Shown piece by piece: positions 38,650 to 48,591 of a DNA stretch of 64,000 nucleotides. A program made the translations under genes and the position numbers. The first letter of the stretch is position 1, and each line of letters begins with the position of its first letter. Origin of the DNA: Alphaproteobacteria bacterium (lineage in GTDB: Bacteria > Pseudomonadota > Alphaproteobacteria > CALKHQ01); assembly GCA_965227515.1 (NCBI GenBank), contig CBDDFZ010000002.1, forward strand, positions 1-64,000, given 5' to 3'. The notes below the pieces were generated by a model. It searched no databases. It was given only the letters and a program-made list of their open reading frames with translations, and was not told the origin of the DNA.

Positions 38650-40059
38650 TCAAGCCGCGTTTGCCAGTTCCGCGCGCGGCAGGGTGATGCGGAAGGTGGT
38701 GCCGCTGCTGGATGTCGCGATCAGGGCCAGGTCGCCGCCATGGGCGCGCACCAGCTCGCGTGCGATGGCCAGGCCCAGGCCGGACCCGCTCGATTTCGAT
38801 GTCGAAACGAACGGCACGAACAGGGATTCCGCCACCTTGGTGGGAATGCCCGGCCCGTCGTCCTCGATCTCGATGGCGGTGGCACCGCTTTCGTCCTCGT
38901 CCGCGCGCACCGTCACCGTCTTGGCGCCGGCCTCGCAAGCGTTGCGGATCAGGTTGTCGAAGGCGCGGTGCAGCAATTCGCGGTCGGCGGTGACTTCCAG
39001 CCCGGCCTGCACCTCGTTGGCGATGGTGCAGTCGATATGCAGCGTGGTGGCCTCGTCTGCGACCTCGCCGACCAGGCCGCGCAGCGGGAAGGCGCCGAAA
39101 CTCGGCTCGGGCACATCGTGGCGCGCGAAATTCAGCACGCTGCGGCAGAGCTCGATGGCCCGCTCCAGCGCGTTGACGATGGTCGGGGCCTGCCGACGCG
39201 CCTCCGCGTCGCCGCTGTGGGACAACCGGTCGGACACCAGAAGCGCCGTCGACAGGATGTTGCGCAGGTCGTGGTTGATCTTGGCGACCGCGGTACCCAG
39301 GGCGGCCAGCGCGTTCTTCTGGCGCAGGGAGGCGCGCAACCCTTCCTCCATCTCCGCCAGGCCGCGCTGGGCGACGCCAATTTCGTCATTGCGGCGGCTG
39401 GGCTTGATCACACGCCCGGGATCCTCTGGATTGATGCCGAACCGCACCATGTTCTCGGTCATCTTGCGGATCGGGCGCACGGTCAGCCATTGCAGCGCCA
39501 GGTACACCAGGGTCGCGGTGACGAACGAGATGATCAGCGACAGCGCCAGGATGCGTTCGGAAAAGTCGACCATGGCATCGCGCAGCGGGGCCTCGTCGAT
39601 GCGGATGAACACCAGAGCGCGCGGGTCCTTCGGGGCATAGCCGGTCACCTCGATAACGCGGTTTTCGGTCTGCAGCAGGGTATCGAAGGCATCGAAGATC
39701 AGCGAAAGGAACGAGCCGTCGTTGACGTTGGCATAGAGGTCCGGCGGCGGCGGCATCTCCTCGGCGATCATGAATTCGGTGGCGCCGGGCCAGGTCACGC
39801 CGATCAGGTAGCTGTCGGTCATGCCCAAGAGTTCGTGGCGCAGGTCGTCGCGCAACGAGTCGTCGCCCATGGTCCGCAACGCCACCGTCGACAACAGGCC
39901 CTCGGCCAGCCGGTCTTCCAGGTAGGTCAGGCGGAAACGCGCGATCGACGGCGCGTAGATCAGCACCTCCGCCACCATGACGAACAGCACCGTCAACAGC
40001 AGCAAACGTGCCGACAGACCGCGCACGAACGAGGGCAATCTCAGGTGGGGACGACGCAT
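38650..40059 (-). CDS. HAMP-domain sensor histidine kinase
   Basis: Two TMs, DEIG (HAMP), KINHDLRNIL (H box), NLIRNA, DDGPGI, GSGLGL. Confidence 0.93.
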   Translation of the reverse strand: MRRPHLRLPSFVRGLSARLLLLTVLFVMVAEVLIYAPSIARFRLTYLEDRLAEGLLSTVALRTMGDDSLRDDLRHELLGMTDSYLIGVTWPGATEFMIAEEMPPPPDLYANVNDGSFLSLIFDAFDTLLQTENRVIEVTGYAPKDPRALVFIRIDEAPLRDAMVDFSERILALSLIISFVTATLVYLALQWLTVRPIRKMTENMVRFGINPEDPGRVIKPSRRNDEIGVAQRGLAEMEEGLRASLRQKNALAALGTAVAKINHDLRNILSTALLVSDRLSHSGDAEARRQAPTIVNALERAIELCRSVLNFARHDVPEPSFGAFPLRGLVGEVADEATTLHIDCTIANEVQAGLEVTADRELLHRAFDNLIRNACEAGAKTVTVRADEDESGATAIEIEDDGPGIPTKVAESLFVPFVSTSKSSGSGLGLAIARELVRAHGGDLALIATSSSGTTFRITLPRAELANAA

Positions 40060-40117
40060 CGCGGAATACTATCACAACCGCCGAATTGGTCGCTTATCGG
40101 CCATATCTCGACAAGCA

Positions 40118-41539
40118 TCAACCGAACCAGGAAAGAAAGCGCACGAGACGCTTCATGCGCGGGTTGAACACGGCATCGCTCAAGAAGGCGCTGGCGGTGC
40201 GCTTGTTGATCTCGCCGAGCGTCGGATAGGGCGCGACCACAGTCGCCATCGACTTCAAGGACAGCTTGGAGTCTACGGCCGCGATCCAAGGCTGGATCAA
40301 TTCGCCGGCGGACGGTCCCACCATGGTGGCGCCGAGCACCCGCTTGCCGCCAAGGGTGACCACCTCCAGGAAGCCCTCGCGGCGGGCATCGGCGATTGCC
40401 CGGTCGTTGGTCGCGAACGGCCAAGTCTCGCACTTGACCTTGTCGCCGTATTGCTCTTGCGCGCTCTTGGCGTCCAGGCCGACCGCCGCGACCTCGGGGT
40501 CGGTGTAGGTGACGCGCGGTATCGCGGCCGCCGTCGCCTTGGCCGGCAGCCGGAACAGCGCATTCCGGATCACGATGCCGGCGTGGTAGCCGGCCAGGTG
40601 GGTGAACTGGCCGCGCCCGGCCACGTCGCCGATGGCAAACGTCTTACGCTCGGTGGTGCGCAGCCGGTCATCGGTGACGATACCGTTCCTGTCGGTCTCG
40701 ATGCCGGCGGCCTCCAGGCCCAAGCCAGCGATGGCGGGCTTGCGGCCGACCGCGACCAGCAGGTGCGACCCGCGCGCGATCTCACCTTCCGCGCCATCGA
40801 CCACGATATCGTCGCCGTCCTGCCGCACGGCCGCGATGGCGGTGTCGAGGCGCAGGGTCACGCCCTCCTCAGCCAGGCGGTTGCGGATGATCGCGCGCAC
40901 GTCGTCCGGCTCGCGGTTCAGGATGTCGGCGGCGTCGACGATGGTGATTTCCGCCCCCAGGCGGCGATAGGCCTGTCCCAGCTCCGCCCCGATCGGCCCG
41001 CCACCGACGATGACCAGGTGGCGGGGCAGGGTGTCCAGGTCGAAAACGGTCTCGTTGGTCAGGAATGGCACGCTGTCCAGGCCGGGGATCGGCGGCACCG
41101 CGGCGGTCGAGCCGGTGGCGATGACCATGCGGCGGGCGCGCACCGTGGTGCCGTCGACATCGAGCGTGCGCGGCGCGGTGAAGCGGGCATGACCCCGGAT
41201 CACGCGTACGCCCAGGCCCTCGAACCGCTCCTGCGAGTCATGGGGCTCGATGGCGGCGATGGCGCGCCTGATGTGATCGCGGACCTTGGCGAGGTCGGCT
41301 GGTGGCGGCGCCGGAACATCGACGCCCAGCCGGCCGGTATCCATAGCCGCGTGGCGGGCGTGGGCGGCGGCGATCAGCGCCTTCGACGGCACGCAGCCGG
41401 TGTACAGGCAATCGCCGCCCATCCGGTCGCGCTCGATCAGCACCGTATCGACGCCCAGCATGGCGGCCCCGGCGGCGACCGACAGCCCAGCGGAGCCGGC
41501 GCCGATGACGCAGATATCGGTCTTGATCTCGACGCTCAT
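40118..41539 (-). CDS. FAD-dependent pyridine nucleotide-disulfide oxidoreductase (LpdA/MerA superfamily)
   Basis: IGAGSAG, GGDCLYTGCVPSK, GGGPIGAE, FTHLAGYHA, YPTLGE. Confidence 0.9.
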   Translation of the reverse strand: MSVEIKTDICVIGAGSAGLSVAAGAAMLGVDTVLIERDRMGGDCLYTGCVPSKALIAAAHARHAAMDTGRLGVDVPAPPPADLAKVRDHIRRAIAAIEPHDSQERFEGLGVRVIRGHARFTAPRTLDVDGTTVRARRMVIATGSTAAVPPIPGLDSVPFLTNETVFDLDTLPRHLVIVGGGPIGAELGQAYRRLGAEITIVDAADILNREPDDVRAIIRNRLAEEGVTLRLDTAIAAVRQDGDDIVVDGAEGEIARGSHLLVAVGRKPAIAGLGLEAAGIETDRNGIVTDDRLRTTERKTFAIGDVAGRGQFTHLAGYHAGIVIRNALFRLPAKATAAAIPRVTYTDPEVAAVGLDAKSAQEQYGDKVKCETWPFATNDRAIADARREGFLEVVTLGGKRVLGATMVGPSAGELIQPWIAAVDSKLSLKSMATVVAPYPTLGEINKRTASAFLSDAVFNPRMKRLVRFLSWFG

Positions 41540-42327
41540 GCCTGTGGCCCCTGGCGGCGAAACAGCTTGAGGGCGACAGGGGCCAGCGACAGCGCCGCCA
41601 GCGCGCACAGGCCCAGGATGACCTCGGTGGAGAGCGCGTCGCCCAGGCTGATCTCCGACCCGGCCTCCAACAGGCGGCCGATACCGGCGCCGAACGAGGC
41701 ATAGACGAAGGTGCCGGGGATGATGCCGATCAGGGTGCCGATGAAGAAGGTGCGCAGGGGCACACCCAGGAAGGCCGGCACCAGATTGACGGCGAAGAAC
41801 GGAAACGCCGGGATCAGGCGCAGGAACAGGAGGTAGCTCATGGCGTTGCGCCGGAACCCGGCCTCCATGCGCTGCATGAACGGGCCGGCGCGCTGGCGTA
41901 CCGCCTCGCCGATGGCGGTGCGCGCGATCAGGAACAGCGCGGTGGCGCCCAGGGTGGCCGCGATCACCGTGATCAGGGTCGCCCACCATTGGCCGAACAG
42001 GAACCCGCCCGACAGTGTCAGCACGGTCGCGCCAGGCACCGAGAACGCCACCGCGACGATATAGATCGCCATATAGGCCAGCACCGCCAGCACGAGATTG
42101 TCGCCGACCCATTCGCTCAGCGCCTCGTGATGCTGGTGCAACAGGGACAGCAGGCGGTCGCTGTCGACGCCGTAGACCAGGAAGACCGCCAGGCCGGCCA
42201 CCAGAACCGCCACCAGGCCCCAGCGCCACAGCCGCTGCCGCCATGTGACGCCCGTGCCCCCCTGCGCGGCCTGGGCAGCGGGGCGCCCATCGCACGGGGT
42301 GTCGCAGGTGGTTTCAGGCTCGGACAT
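41536..42327 (-). CDS. TVP38/TMEM64 (DedA superfamily) membrane protein
   Basis: SVPGATVLTLSGGFLFG, YLLFLRLIPAFPF, GIIPGT; overlaps the oxidoreductase start. Confidence 0.9.
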   Translation of the reverse strand: MSEPETTCDTPCDGRPAAQAAQGGTGVTWRQRLWRWGLVAVLVAGLAVFLVYGVDSDRLLSLLHQHHEALSEWVGDNLVLAVLAYMAIYIVAVAFSVPGATVLTLSGGFLFGQWWATLITVIAATLGATALFLIARTAIGEAVRQRAGPFMQRMEAGFRRNAMSYLLFLRLIPAFPFFAVNLVPAFLGVPLRTFFIGTLIGIIPGTFVYASFGAGIGRLLEAGSEISLGDALSTEVILGLCALAALSLAPVALKLFRRQGPQA

Positions 42328-42542
42328 ATGGATGTGACGCCTCAACGCGTTGTCGCCGGCGTGGCAAGGGGGCGTGGCAAGGGATCGTCGACCTTATACG
42401 CCCGGCGCGCGCATGCTCCGTTCAACGTCCCGTCAGCACGGTGTGATCCAGGCACCGGCCCCGGCGGGTGGCTCAGCGGATCGGCCCGGCCTATCCTGGC
42501 AGCGGCAAACCGCAAGGCTTCCCCCATTTCGTCGCGCTTGCG

Positions 42543-42572
42543 TTGACACATGCTTGCCGCACACCGTATACC
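42543..42572 (+). promoter_or_regulatory. Sigma70 promoter of the rpmH operon
   Basis: TTGACA-N18-TATACC. Confidence 0.6.
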
Positions 42573-42645
42573 ACGCCGTCATTCGGCGGCGTGGCAGATT
42601 TCGACGAGCGCCCGCCGACGAGTTCCCAGGATAGTGGAGTCTCAC

Positions 42646-42780
42646 GTGAAGCAGACCTTTCAACCGGGTCGGCTGGTGCGCAAGCGGCGGCATGGGTTCC
42701 GTGCACGCATGGCCACCAAGGCCGGCCGTTTGGTGCTGGCGCGTCGCCGCGCCAAGGGCCGCAAGCGCCTTTCCGCCTAG
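42646..42780 (+). CDS. rpmH: 50S ribosomal protein L34
   Basis: GTG start after GGAG; [28 protein letters not shown]...GRKRLSA (44 aa). Confidence 0.97.
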   Translation: MKQTFQPGRLVRKRRHGFRARMATKAGRLVLARRRAKGRKRLSA

Positions 42781-42808
42781 CGAAGTTTTGGCCTGACCCG
42801 CCCGGAGA

Positions 42809-43291
42809 GTGTGCGTGCGCGACGGCACGACCAACCGACAGGATCGGCAAGCCGAAGGTCGGAAGATCGAGGGTTGCCGGAAAATCGGGCGCCTGAAGCG
42901 GCGCCCGGACTTTTTGCGCGTGGCCGCGGCGCGGCGCAGTGCCGCTCGCCCGGGTGTGGTGGTGCAGGCCGCCGCCATGGGTGAGGACCAGCGCCAACAC
43001 AGCCATGCACCGGTGCGCGTCGGGTTCACCGTCACCCGCAAGGTCGGCGGCGCGGTGGTCCGCAACCGGGTCAAGCGCCGGCTGCGCGCGGTCGCGGACC
43101 GGGTGCTGCCGGACCATGCCGCGGCGGGCACCGACCTGGTGCTGATCGGCCGCAACGGCACCGCCGGGCGCGATTTTGCCGATCTCGTCGGCGACCTGAA
43201 GTCGGCGCTGCGCCAACTGCGCGTCTGGCGCGCTGACGGGTCCCGCGACGCGCGCAACGACGGGTGCGGGGACAGGCGCGGCGCATGCTGA
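42809..43291 (+). CDS. rnpA: Ribonuclease P protein component
   Basis: [32 protein letters not shown]; start uncertain. Confidence 0.93.
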   Translation: MCVRDGTTNRQDRQAEGRKIEGCRKIGRLKRRPDFLRVAAARRSAARPGVVVQAAAMGEDQRQHSHAPVRVGFTVTRKVGGAVVRNRVKRRLRAVADRVLPDHAAAGTDLVLIGRNGTAGRDFADLVGDLKSALRQLRVWRADGSRDARNDGCGDRRGAC

Positions 43292-43620
43292 TCAATCGGG
43301 CGATGTCCGCGACGGCCGGCGGCCTGCTGCGCGGTGCGGTCAAGGCATATCAATGGGGTATCTCGCCCCTGCTGCCGGGGAGTTGCCGCTACCTGCCGAC
43401 GTGCTCGGACTACGCCCGCGAGGCGATCGAGCGGCATGGCCCGGTGCGCGGCACCTGGCTGGCGGTGCGGCGGCTGGGACGATGCCATCCCTGGGGCGGC
43501 AGCGGCTATGATCCGGTGCCCGGCGTCGCAAGCGGATGCGCACATGACCGTTGCGGGCACGGCGCTCGTGGTGGGGACGTCGAGGGGGACGTGCGGGTGA
43601 CGGAGACGGTACGTGGGTGA
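43285..43620 (+). CDS. yidD: Membrane protein insertion efficiency factor
   Basis: [32 protein letters not shown]. Confidence 0.95.
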   Translation: MLINRAMSATAGGLLRGAVKAYQWGISPLLPGSCRYLPTCSDYAREAIERHGPVRGTWLAVRRLGRCHPWGGSGYDPVPGVASGCAHDRCGHGARGGDVEGDVRVTETVRG

Positions 43621-45649
43621 CATAGGCAATACCCGCAACATGATCATCGCGATCGTTGCATCGGTCGTGATCTTCCTGGCCTGGCAGTTCTTCTTCGAGG
43701 CGCCGCGCATCGAGCGCGAGCAGCAACTGCTGGTGGAACAGCAGCAGCTTGCGGAACAGCAGCAGGAAATCGAGGTCCAGGAGGCGCAGGAGGCGGTGAT
43801 CGTCATCGACGGCGCCGAGGTGAACGTGGTCGAGAGCCCGCGCGTCGCCATCGAGACGCCGTTGCTCACCGGGTCGATTCGGCTTGCCGGTGCGCTGTTC
43901 GACGACCTGGTGCTCAAGGGCTACCACCTGACCGAGGATCCGGAGAGCCCGGAGGTCGTGCTTCTGGCCGGCACGGAGTCCGAGGCGCCGTATTTCGTCG
44001 ACATCGGCTGGGAGAGCGTCGAGAACGACGTCGAGGTGCCCGGGCCGACCGCGCTGTGGGAAGCCGACGGTGAGGCGCTGACGCCCGACAACCCGGTCAC
44101 GCTGACCTGGACCAACGAGGCCGGCGTGGTGTTCGAGCGCGAGATCGCGGTCGACGACCGCTACATGTTCACGGTCACCCAGCGGGTGATCAACGATGTC
44201 GGCGCCAGCGGCACCGTGCACCCCACTGCGATGGCAGAGCGCCGCGGACTTATCGAGACCACCGGCTTCTTCGTCCTGCACGAGGGGCCGATCGGCGTGT
44301 TCGACGAGACGCTGGAAGAGTACGAGTACGACGACCTGTCGGACGAGGGCCTGATCCAGCACCCCAGCACCGGCGGCTGGCTGGGCTATTCCGACAAGTA
44401 CTGGCTGGTCGCGCTGGTGCCGGAGCAGTCGGAGGCGATCACCGGCCAGTTCAGTTATGAGCGCGGCACATTGGGGCGCTACCAGGTCGGCTGGGCCGAG
44501 AACCGGGCGCGCAATATCGCCAGCGAAGACGTGGAGATCACCACCCGTTTCTTCGCCGGCGCCAAGGTTGTCGACATGCTCGACACCTACGAGGAAGAGC
44601 TCGCCATTCCGCTGTTCGACCGGGCGGTGGACTTCGGCTGGTTCTACTTCCTGACCAAGCCGCTGTTCCAGCTGTTGCACTGGTTCTACACCCACGTCGG
44701 CAATTTCGGCGTGGCGATCATGTGCCTGACGGTGGTGGTCCGGATCATCCTGTATCCGCTCGCCAACAAGTCCTACAAGTCGATGAGCCGGATGAAGAAG
44801 CTCGGCCCGCAGATGCAGGCGATGCGCGAGCGCTTCAAGGACGACCGGCAGGCGCAGCAACGCGAGATGATGGCGCTGTACAAGCGCGAGAAGGTGAACC
44901 CGGCGGCCGGCTGTTTGCCGATCCTGGTCCAGATTCCGGTGTTCTTCGCCCTCTACAAGGTGCTGCTGGTCTCCATCGAGATGCGCCACGCGCCCTTCGT
45001 GCTGTGGATCACCGACCTGTCGGCCATCGACCCGACCAGCATATTCAACCTCTATGGCCTGTTGCCGTTCGATCCGCCAAGCTTCCTGATGATCGGCGTG
45101 CTGCCGACCCTGATGGGCCTGTCGATGTGGGCGCAGCAGCGGTTGAATCCCGCGCCGGCCGACCCGGTGCAGGCGAAGATCTTCGCCTTCCTGCCGCTGG
45201 TGTTCACGTTCCTGCTGGCGGGCTTCGCGGCGGGCCTGGTGCTCTATTGGACCACCAACAACCTGCTCTCGCTGGCCCAGCAATATGTGATCATGCGCCG
45301 CATGGGCGCGCCGATCGGGCGCAAGGCCGGCGAGGCCGAGCGCAAGCGGCTGGAGGAAGAGGCCAAGCAGGCGGTCGAGAAGGCGAAGGAAGAACAGCGC
45401 CAGCAGCGCGAGGAACAGCGCCAGGCGACGCCGGCGCCGACCAAGCCGTTCAAGCCGAAGAAGGCGCGCTCCGGCACGGCGAAGACCGGCCCGGCGAAGC
45501 AGAACCAGGGCAAGCAGAATCAGGCCAAGCAGAGCCAGGGCAAGTCCAGATCGTCCAGTTCGGGCCAGTCGAAATCCCGGTCCGGCAACAAGGGCGGCAA
45601 CCGCAAGGGCGGCTCCGGCCGCGCGGCACCGAAGGGTAGCGGCGCCTGA
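43613..45649 (+). CDS. yidC: Membrane protein insertase YidC with long basic C-terminal tail
   Basis: [46 protein letters not shown]. Confidence 0.96.
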   Translation: MGDIGNTRNMIIAIVASVVIFLAWQFFFEAPRIEREQQLLVEQQQLAEQQQEIEVQEAQEAVIVIDGAEVNVVESPRVAIETPLLTGSIRLAGALFDDLVLKGYHLTEDPESPEVVLLAGTESEAPYFVDIGWESVENDVEVPGPTALWEADGEALTPDNPVTLTWTNEAGVVFEREIAVDDRYMFTVTQRVINDVGASGTVHPTAMAERRGLIETTGFFVLHEGPIGVFDETLEEYEYDDLSDEGLIQHPSTGGWLGYSDKYWLVALVPEQSEAITGQFSYERGTLGRYQVGWAENRARNIASEDVEITTRFFAGAKVVDMLDTYEEELAIPLFDRAVDFGWFYFLTKPLFQLLHWFYTHVGNFGVAIMCLTVVVRIILYPLANKSYKSMSRMKKLGPQMQAMRERFKDDRQAQQREMMALYKREKVNPAAGCLPILVQIPVFFALYKVLLVSIEMRHAPFVLWITDLSAIDPTSIFNLYGLLPFDPPSFLMIGVLPTLMGLSMWAQQRLNPAPADPVQAKIFAFLPLVFTFLLAGFAAGLVLYWTTNNLLSLAQQYVIMRRMGAPIGRKAGEAERKRLEEEAKQAVEKAKEEQRQQREEQRQATPAPTKPFKPKKARSGTAKTGPAKQNQGKQNQAKQSQGKSRSSSSGQSKSRSGNKGGNRKGGSGRAAPKGSGA

Positions 45650-45710
45650 GCCACCGTGCCGGGCGCATGGGCTGGGCCCGGCGTCGCGCGATCTGCCGCC
45701 GCATGTATCG

Positions 45711-46391
45711 ATGCAAGACGACCCTGAAATTGATCCCGCCGACATTGGCGCCCCAGGCATCGATCCTGCCGCCATCGAGGCCGGTCGCCGCTTGTTCGCG
45801 GGTCGCTGCGACTTCGTCATCGGCGTGGCGGGCTATGAGCAGATTCCGCCGGCGGGCGTGCCAGAGGTGGCGTTTGCCGGCCGCTCCAATGTCGGCAAGT
45901 CGAGCCTGGTCAACGCGCTGACCGGCCGGCGCACGCTGGCCCGCACGTCGAACACGCCGGGCCGCACCCGCCAGCTCAACTTCTTCGACTTGGGCGGCGT
46001 GCTGATGCTGGTCGACCTGCCGGGCTATGGCTATGCCCGGGTCGCCAAGACCGAGGTGCAGGAGTGGACCCAGCTTGTGCGCGACTATCTGCGCGGGCGC
46101 GAGAATTTGCGCCGGGTCTGTGTGCTGATCGACGCGCGGCGTGGCGCGATGAGCACCGACGAGGAGGTGATGACCCTGCTGGACCAGGCGGCCGTGCCGT
46201 ATCGGCTGGTGCTGACCAAGGCCGACAAGCTGGGCCCGACCAAGGTGGCCGCGGTCGAGGCAGCGGTGCGGGCGACCGCCAAGAAGCACCCGGCGGCGAT
46301 GCCGGACCCGCTGGTGACCAGCGCGGTGAAGGGCGTCGGCATCGCGGAACTGCGGGCCGAACTGGCGGCTCTGGTCGAGGGGCCGGCATAG
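45711..46391 (+). CDS. yihA: Ribosome biogenesis GTP-binding protein YihA/YsxC (EngB)
   Basis: GRSNVGKSS, SNTPGRT, DLPGYG, TKAD. Confidence 0.95.
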   Translation: MQDDPEIDPADIGAPGIDPAAIEAGRRLFAGRCDFVIGVAGYEQIPPAGVPEVAFAGRSNVGKSSLVNALTGRRTLARTSNTPGRTRQLNFFDLGGVLMLVDLPGYGYARVAKTEVQEWTQLVRDYLRGRENLRRVCVLIDARRGAMSTDEEVMTLLDQAAVPYRLVLTKADKLGPTKVAAVEAAVRATAKKHPAAMPDPLVTSAVKGVGIAELRAELAALVEGPA

Positions 46392-46494
46392 GTAGAGGAC
46401 CTGGGCAATGGCCCCAGGAATGATTTGCGGGGGACAACGCTCCGGCCGGTCGCGTAGGATGCGGGCCAGGGCGCAACGACGATAGGGTGGGCGA

Positions 46495-47400
46495 ATGGGC
46501 GCGAAGGAAAACCGTCGACGGCTGGAATGGCTTTCGAAAGCCGGCATTCTGTCGGAGGCGCTGCCGTATATGCGGCGCTACACCGGCAAGACCTTCGTCA
46601 TCAAATATGGCGGCCACGCCATGGGCGACGAGGCGCTGTCGACCGCGTTTGCGCGCGATATCGTGCTGCTGAAGCAGGTGGGCATCAACCCGGTGGTGGT
46701 GCACGGCGGCGGGCCGCAGATCGGCCGCATGCTGGAACGCCTGGCGGTGAAGTCGGAGTTCGTCGACGGCTTGCGCGTGACCGATTCCAATACGGTCGAG
46801 GTGGTGGAGATGGTGCTGGCCGGCACCATCAACAAGCAGATCGTCACCGACATCAACAAGACCGGCGGCACCGCGGTCGGCATCTGCGGCAAGGACGGCG
46901 GCATGATCCGCGCGCGCCGGCTGCGCCGCACGCAGCGCGACCCTGATTCCAATATCGAGCGCATTCTCGACCTCGGGTTCGTCGGCGAGCCGTCCCATGT
47001 CGACCCGACGATCCTGGAAACCATGGTGGAGGGCGACCTGATCCCGGTCGTTGCCCCCATCGGTGTCGGCGAGAAGGGCGAGACCTACAACATCAATGCC
47101 GATACCGTGGCGGGTGCTGTGGCCGGCGCGCTGGGCGCCATGCGCCTCTACCTGCTGACCGACGTGCAGGGCGTGCTGGACGGCGACGGCGAGTTCATCT
47201 CCGAAATGACCTCGACCCGCGCACAGCAGTTGATCGACGACGGCGTGGTGAAGGGCGGGATGATCCCCAAGCTGGAGACCTGCATGTCCGCGCTGCGCAA
47301 CTCGGTCGAGGCGTCCGTCATCCTCGACGGCCGCGTGCCCCATGGCATGTTGCTGGAGATATTCACCGAGGTCGGCGTCGGCACCATGGTGAAGGATTAG
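46495..47400 (+). CDS. argB: Acetylglutamate kinase
   Basis: [35 protein letters not shown]. Confidence 0.97.
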   Translation: MGAKENRRRLEWLSKAGILSEALPYMRRYTGKTFVIKYGGHAMGDEALSTAFARDIVLLKQVGINPVVVHGGGPQIGRMLERLAVKSEFVDGLRVTDSNTVEVVEMVLAGTINKQIVTDINKTGGTAVGICGKDGGMIRARRLRRTQRDPDSNIERILDLGFVGEPSHVDPTILETMVEGDLIPVVAPIGVGEKGETYNINADTVAGAVAGALGAMRLYLLTDVQGVLDGDGEFISEMTSTRAQQLIDDGVVKGGMIPKLETCMSALRNSVEASVILDGRVPHGMLLEIFTEVGVGTMVKD

Positions 47401-47441
47401 CGCGGGTCGGTTGGCGCCAGTTACCCGGCAAACCATCCCCC

Positions 47442-47621
47442 ATTGTCATCCTCGCCCTTGTGGCGAGGATCCATTTTCGTCCAATGCGCCAACACGTTAG
47501 GGGTACTTGCGGGCGTCAAAGGCGGTCGGCTGAGTCCGCTCGCAGCTCCGTGATCCTGCACATTGGTTCAATCCAGAGCTGCACACGAATGGGTCCTCGG
47601 CACAAGGCCGAGGACGACAAT
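47442..47621. repeat. REP doublet (family A, copy 3)
   Basis: ATTGTCATCCTCGCCCTTGTGGCGAGGATCCAT ... ATGGGTCCTCGGCACAAGGCCGAGGACGACAAT. Confidence 0.85.
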
Positions 47622-47641
47622 CTTTTTTTCGACAGCAACGG

Positions 47642-47679
47642 AAAAGGGCCGCCCGGGGGTGCCGGACGGCCCTTCTTTC
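47642..47679 (-). terminator. Intrinsic (possibly bidirectional) terminator downstream of flgH
   Basis: AAGGGCCG...CGGCCCTT stem with A/T-rich tracts on both sides. Confidence 0.65.
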
Positions 47680-47701
47680 ATTCGGCGATGTGCCGCGCCG
47701 A

Positions 47702-48499
47702 TCAGAACGGCATCAGGATGTCGTAGATCTGATCGCCGTAGCGCGGCTGCTGCACATCGGTGATCTGGCCGCGGCCGCCATAGGAAATGCGGGCCTCGGC
47801 GATCTGGTCGTAGGCGATGGTGTTGTCCGCGCGCACGTCCTCGGGCCGGATGATCCCGGCGACCAGAAGCTCGCGCAGCTCGAAGTTCACCCGCACCTCC
47901 TGGCGGCCCTGGATCACCATGTTGCCGTTCGGCAGCACCTGGGTGATCAGGGCGGCGACGCGCACCGAGATGTCCTCTTCGCGGTCGACGGCGCCGGTGC
48001 CGAGGTTGGCCGTGTCCGACCCGAAGTCGGTCAGGCTGGTGTTGTCGATGGTCTCGGGGAACACCTGGGCGAGGTCGGCCTCATAGCCGAGGAACGCGTT
48101 CAGCGCGGACTCGCTGTCGTTCGAGCGCGACCGCGAGCTGGTGTTGTTGATGTCGGCCTGGTCGGAGATCTCGATCACCACCGTCAGCAGGTCGCCGACG
48201 CGCTGGGCGCGCTGGTCGCGGAAGAACGCGCGGCTGCCCGGGCGCCACAGCGACTGGGACTGGCGCTCGGCGATCTCCGGCGCCGGCATCGGCATGGAGA
48301 CCGGCTGGTATCCGGGGGCCGTGATCGGATTCTCGATCGGCGACAGTGCCGGCGGGCGGCCGACATCGGCCAGACGCTCGGTCATGCCGCAGGCGGCCAG
48401 GACGGACGCGGTCAACGTGACGGCAACCGCGCGCATCATCGTGCGGCCCATCAGGAACCGGCGATTGGATGCTGAGGCGGGGTGGGGGGGTTGGTGCAT
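47702..48499 (-). CDS. flgH: Flagellar L-ring protein
   Basis: Lipobox LAAC; FFRDQRA..VGDLLTV, VLPNGN, GIIRPED, IAEARISYGGRG. Confidence 0.95.
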   Translation of the reverse strand: MHQPPHPASASNRRFLMGRTMMRAVAVTLTASVLAACGMTERLADVGRPPALSPIENPITAPGYQPVSMPMPAPEIAERQSQSLWRPGSRAFFRDQRAQRVGDLLTVVIEISDQADINNTSSRSRSNDSESALNAFLGYEADLAQVFPETIDNTSLTDFGSDTANLGTGAVDREEDISVRVAALITQVLPNGNMVIQGRQEVRVNFELRELLVAGIIRPEDVRADNTIAYDQIAEARISYGGRGQITDVQQPRYGDQIYDILMPF

Positions 48500-48591
48500 G
48501 TCGGTCTCCACGTTGAGGTCCGTTCTGGGACGTCGTTCTTGTCGGCGGCGGGCGCCGGAAAGGGGTGTCGCGGTCGGGGCTCTGCGACGGC

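Noticed and set aside
40118-41539. Mercuric reductase MerA
   Set aside because: No C-terminal Cys-Cys, no NmerA domain and no mer operon genes.
42330-42645. Replication origin upstream of rpmH
   Set aside because: No dnaA, no DnaA-box cluster and no AT-rich unwinding element.
42646-42672. Atypical L34 N-terminus (MKQTFQPG instead of MKRTxQPS)
   Set aside because: The substitutions are real, but I cannot judge their rarity or effect without an alignment.
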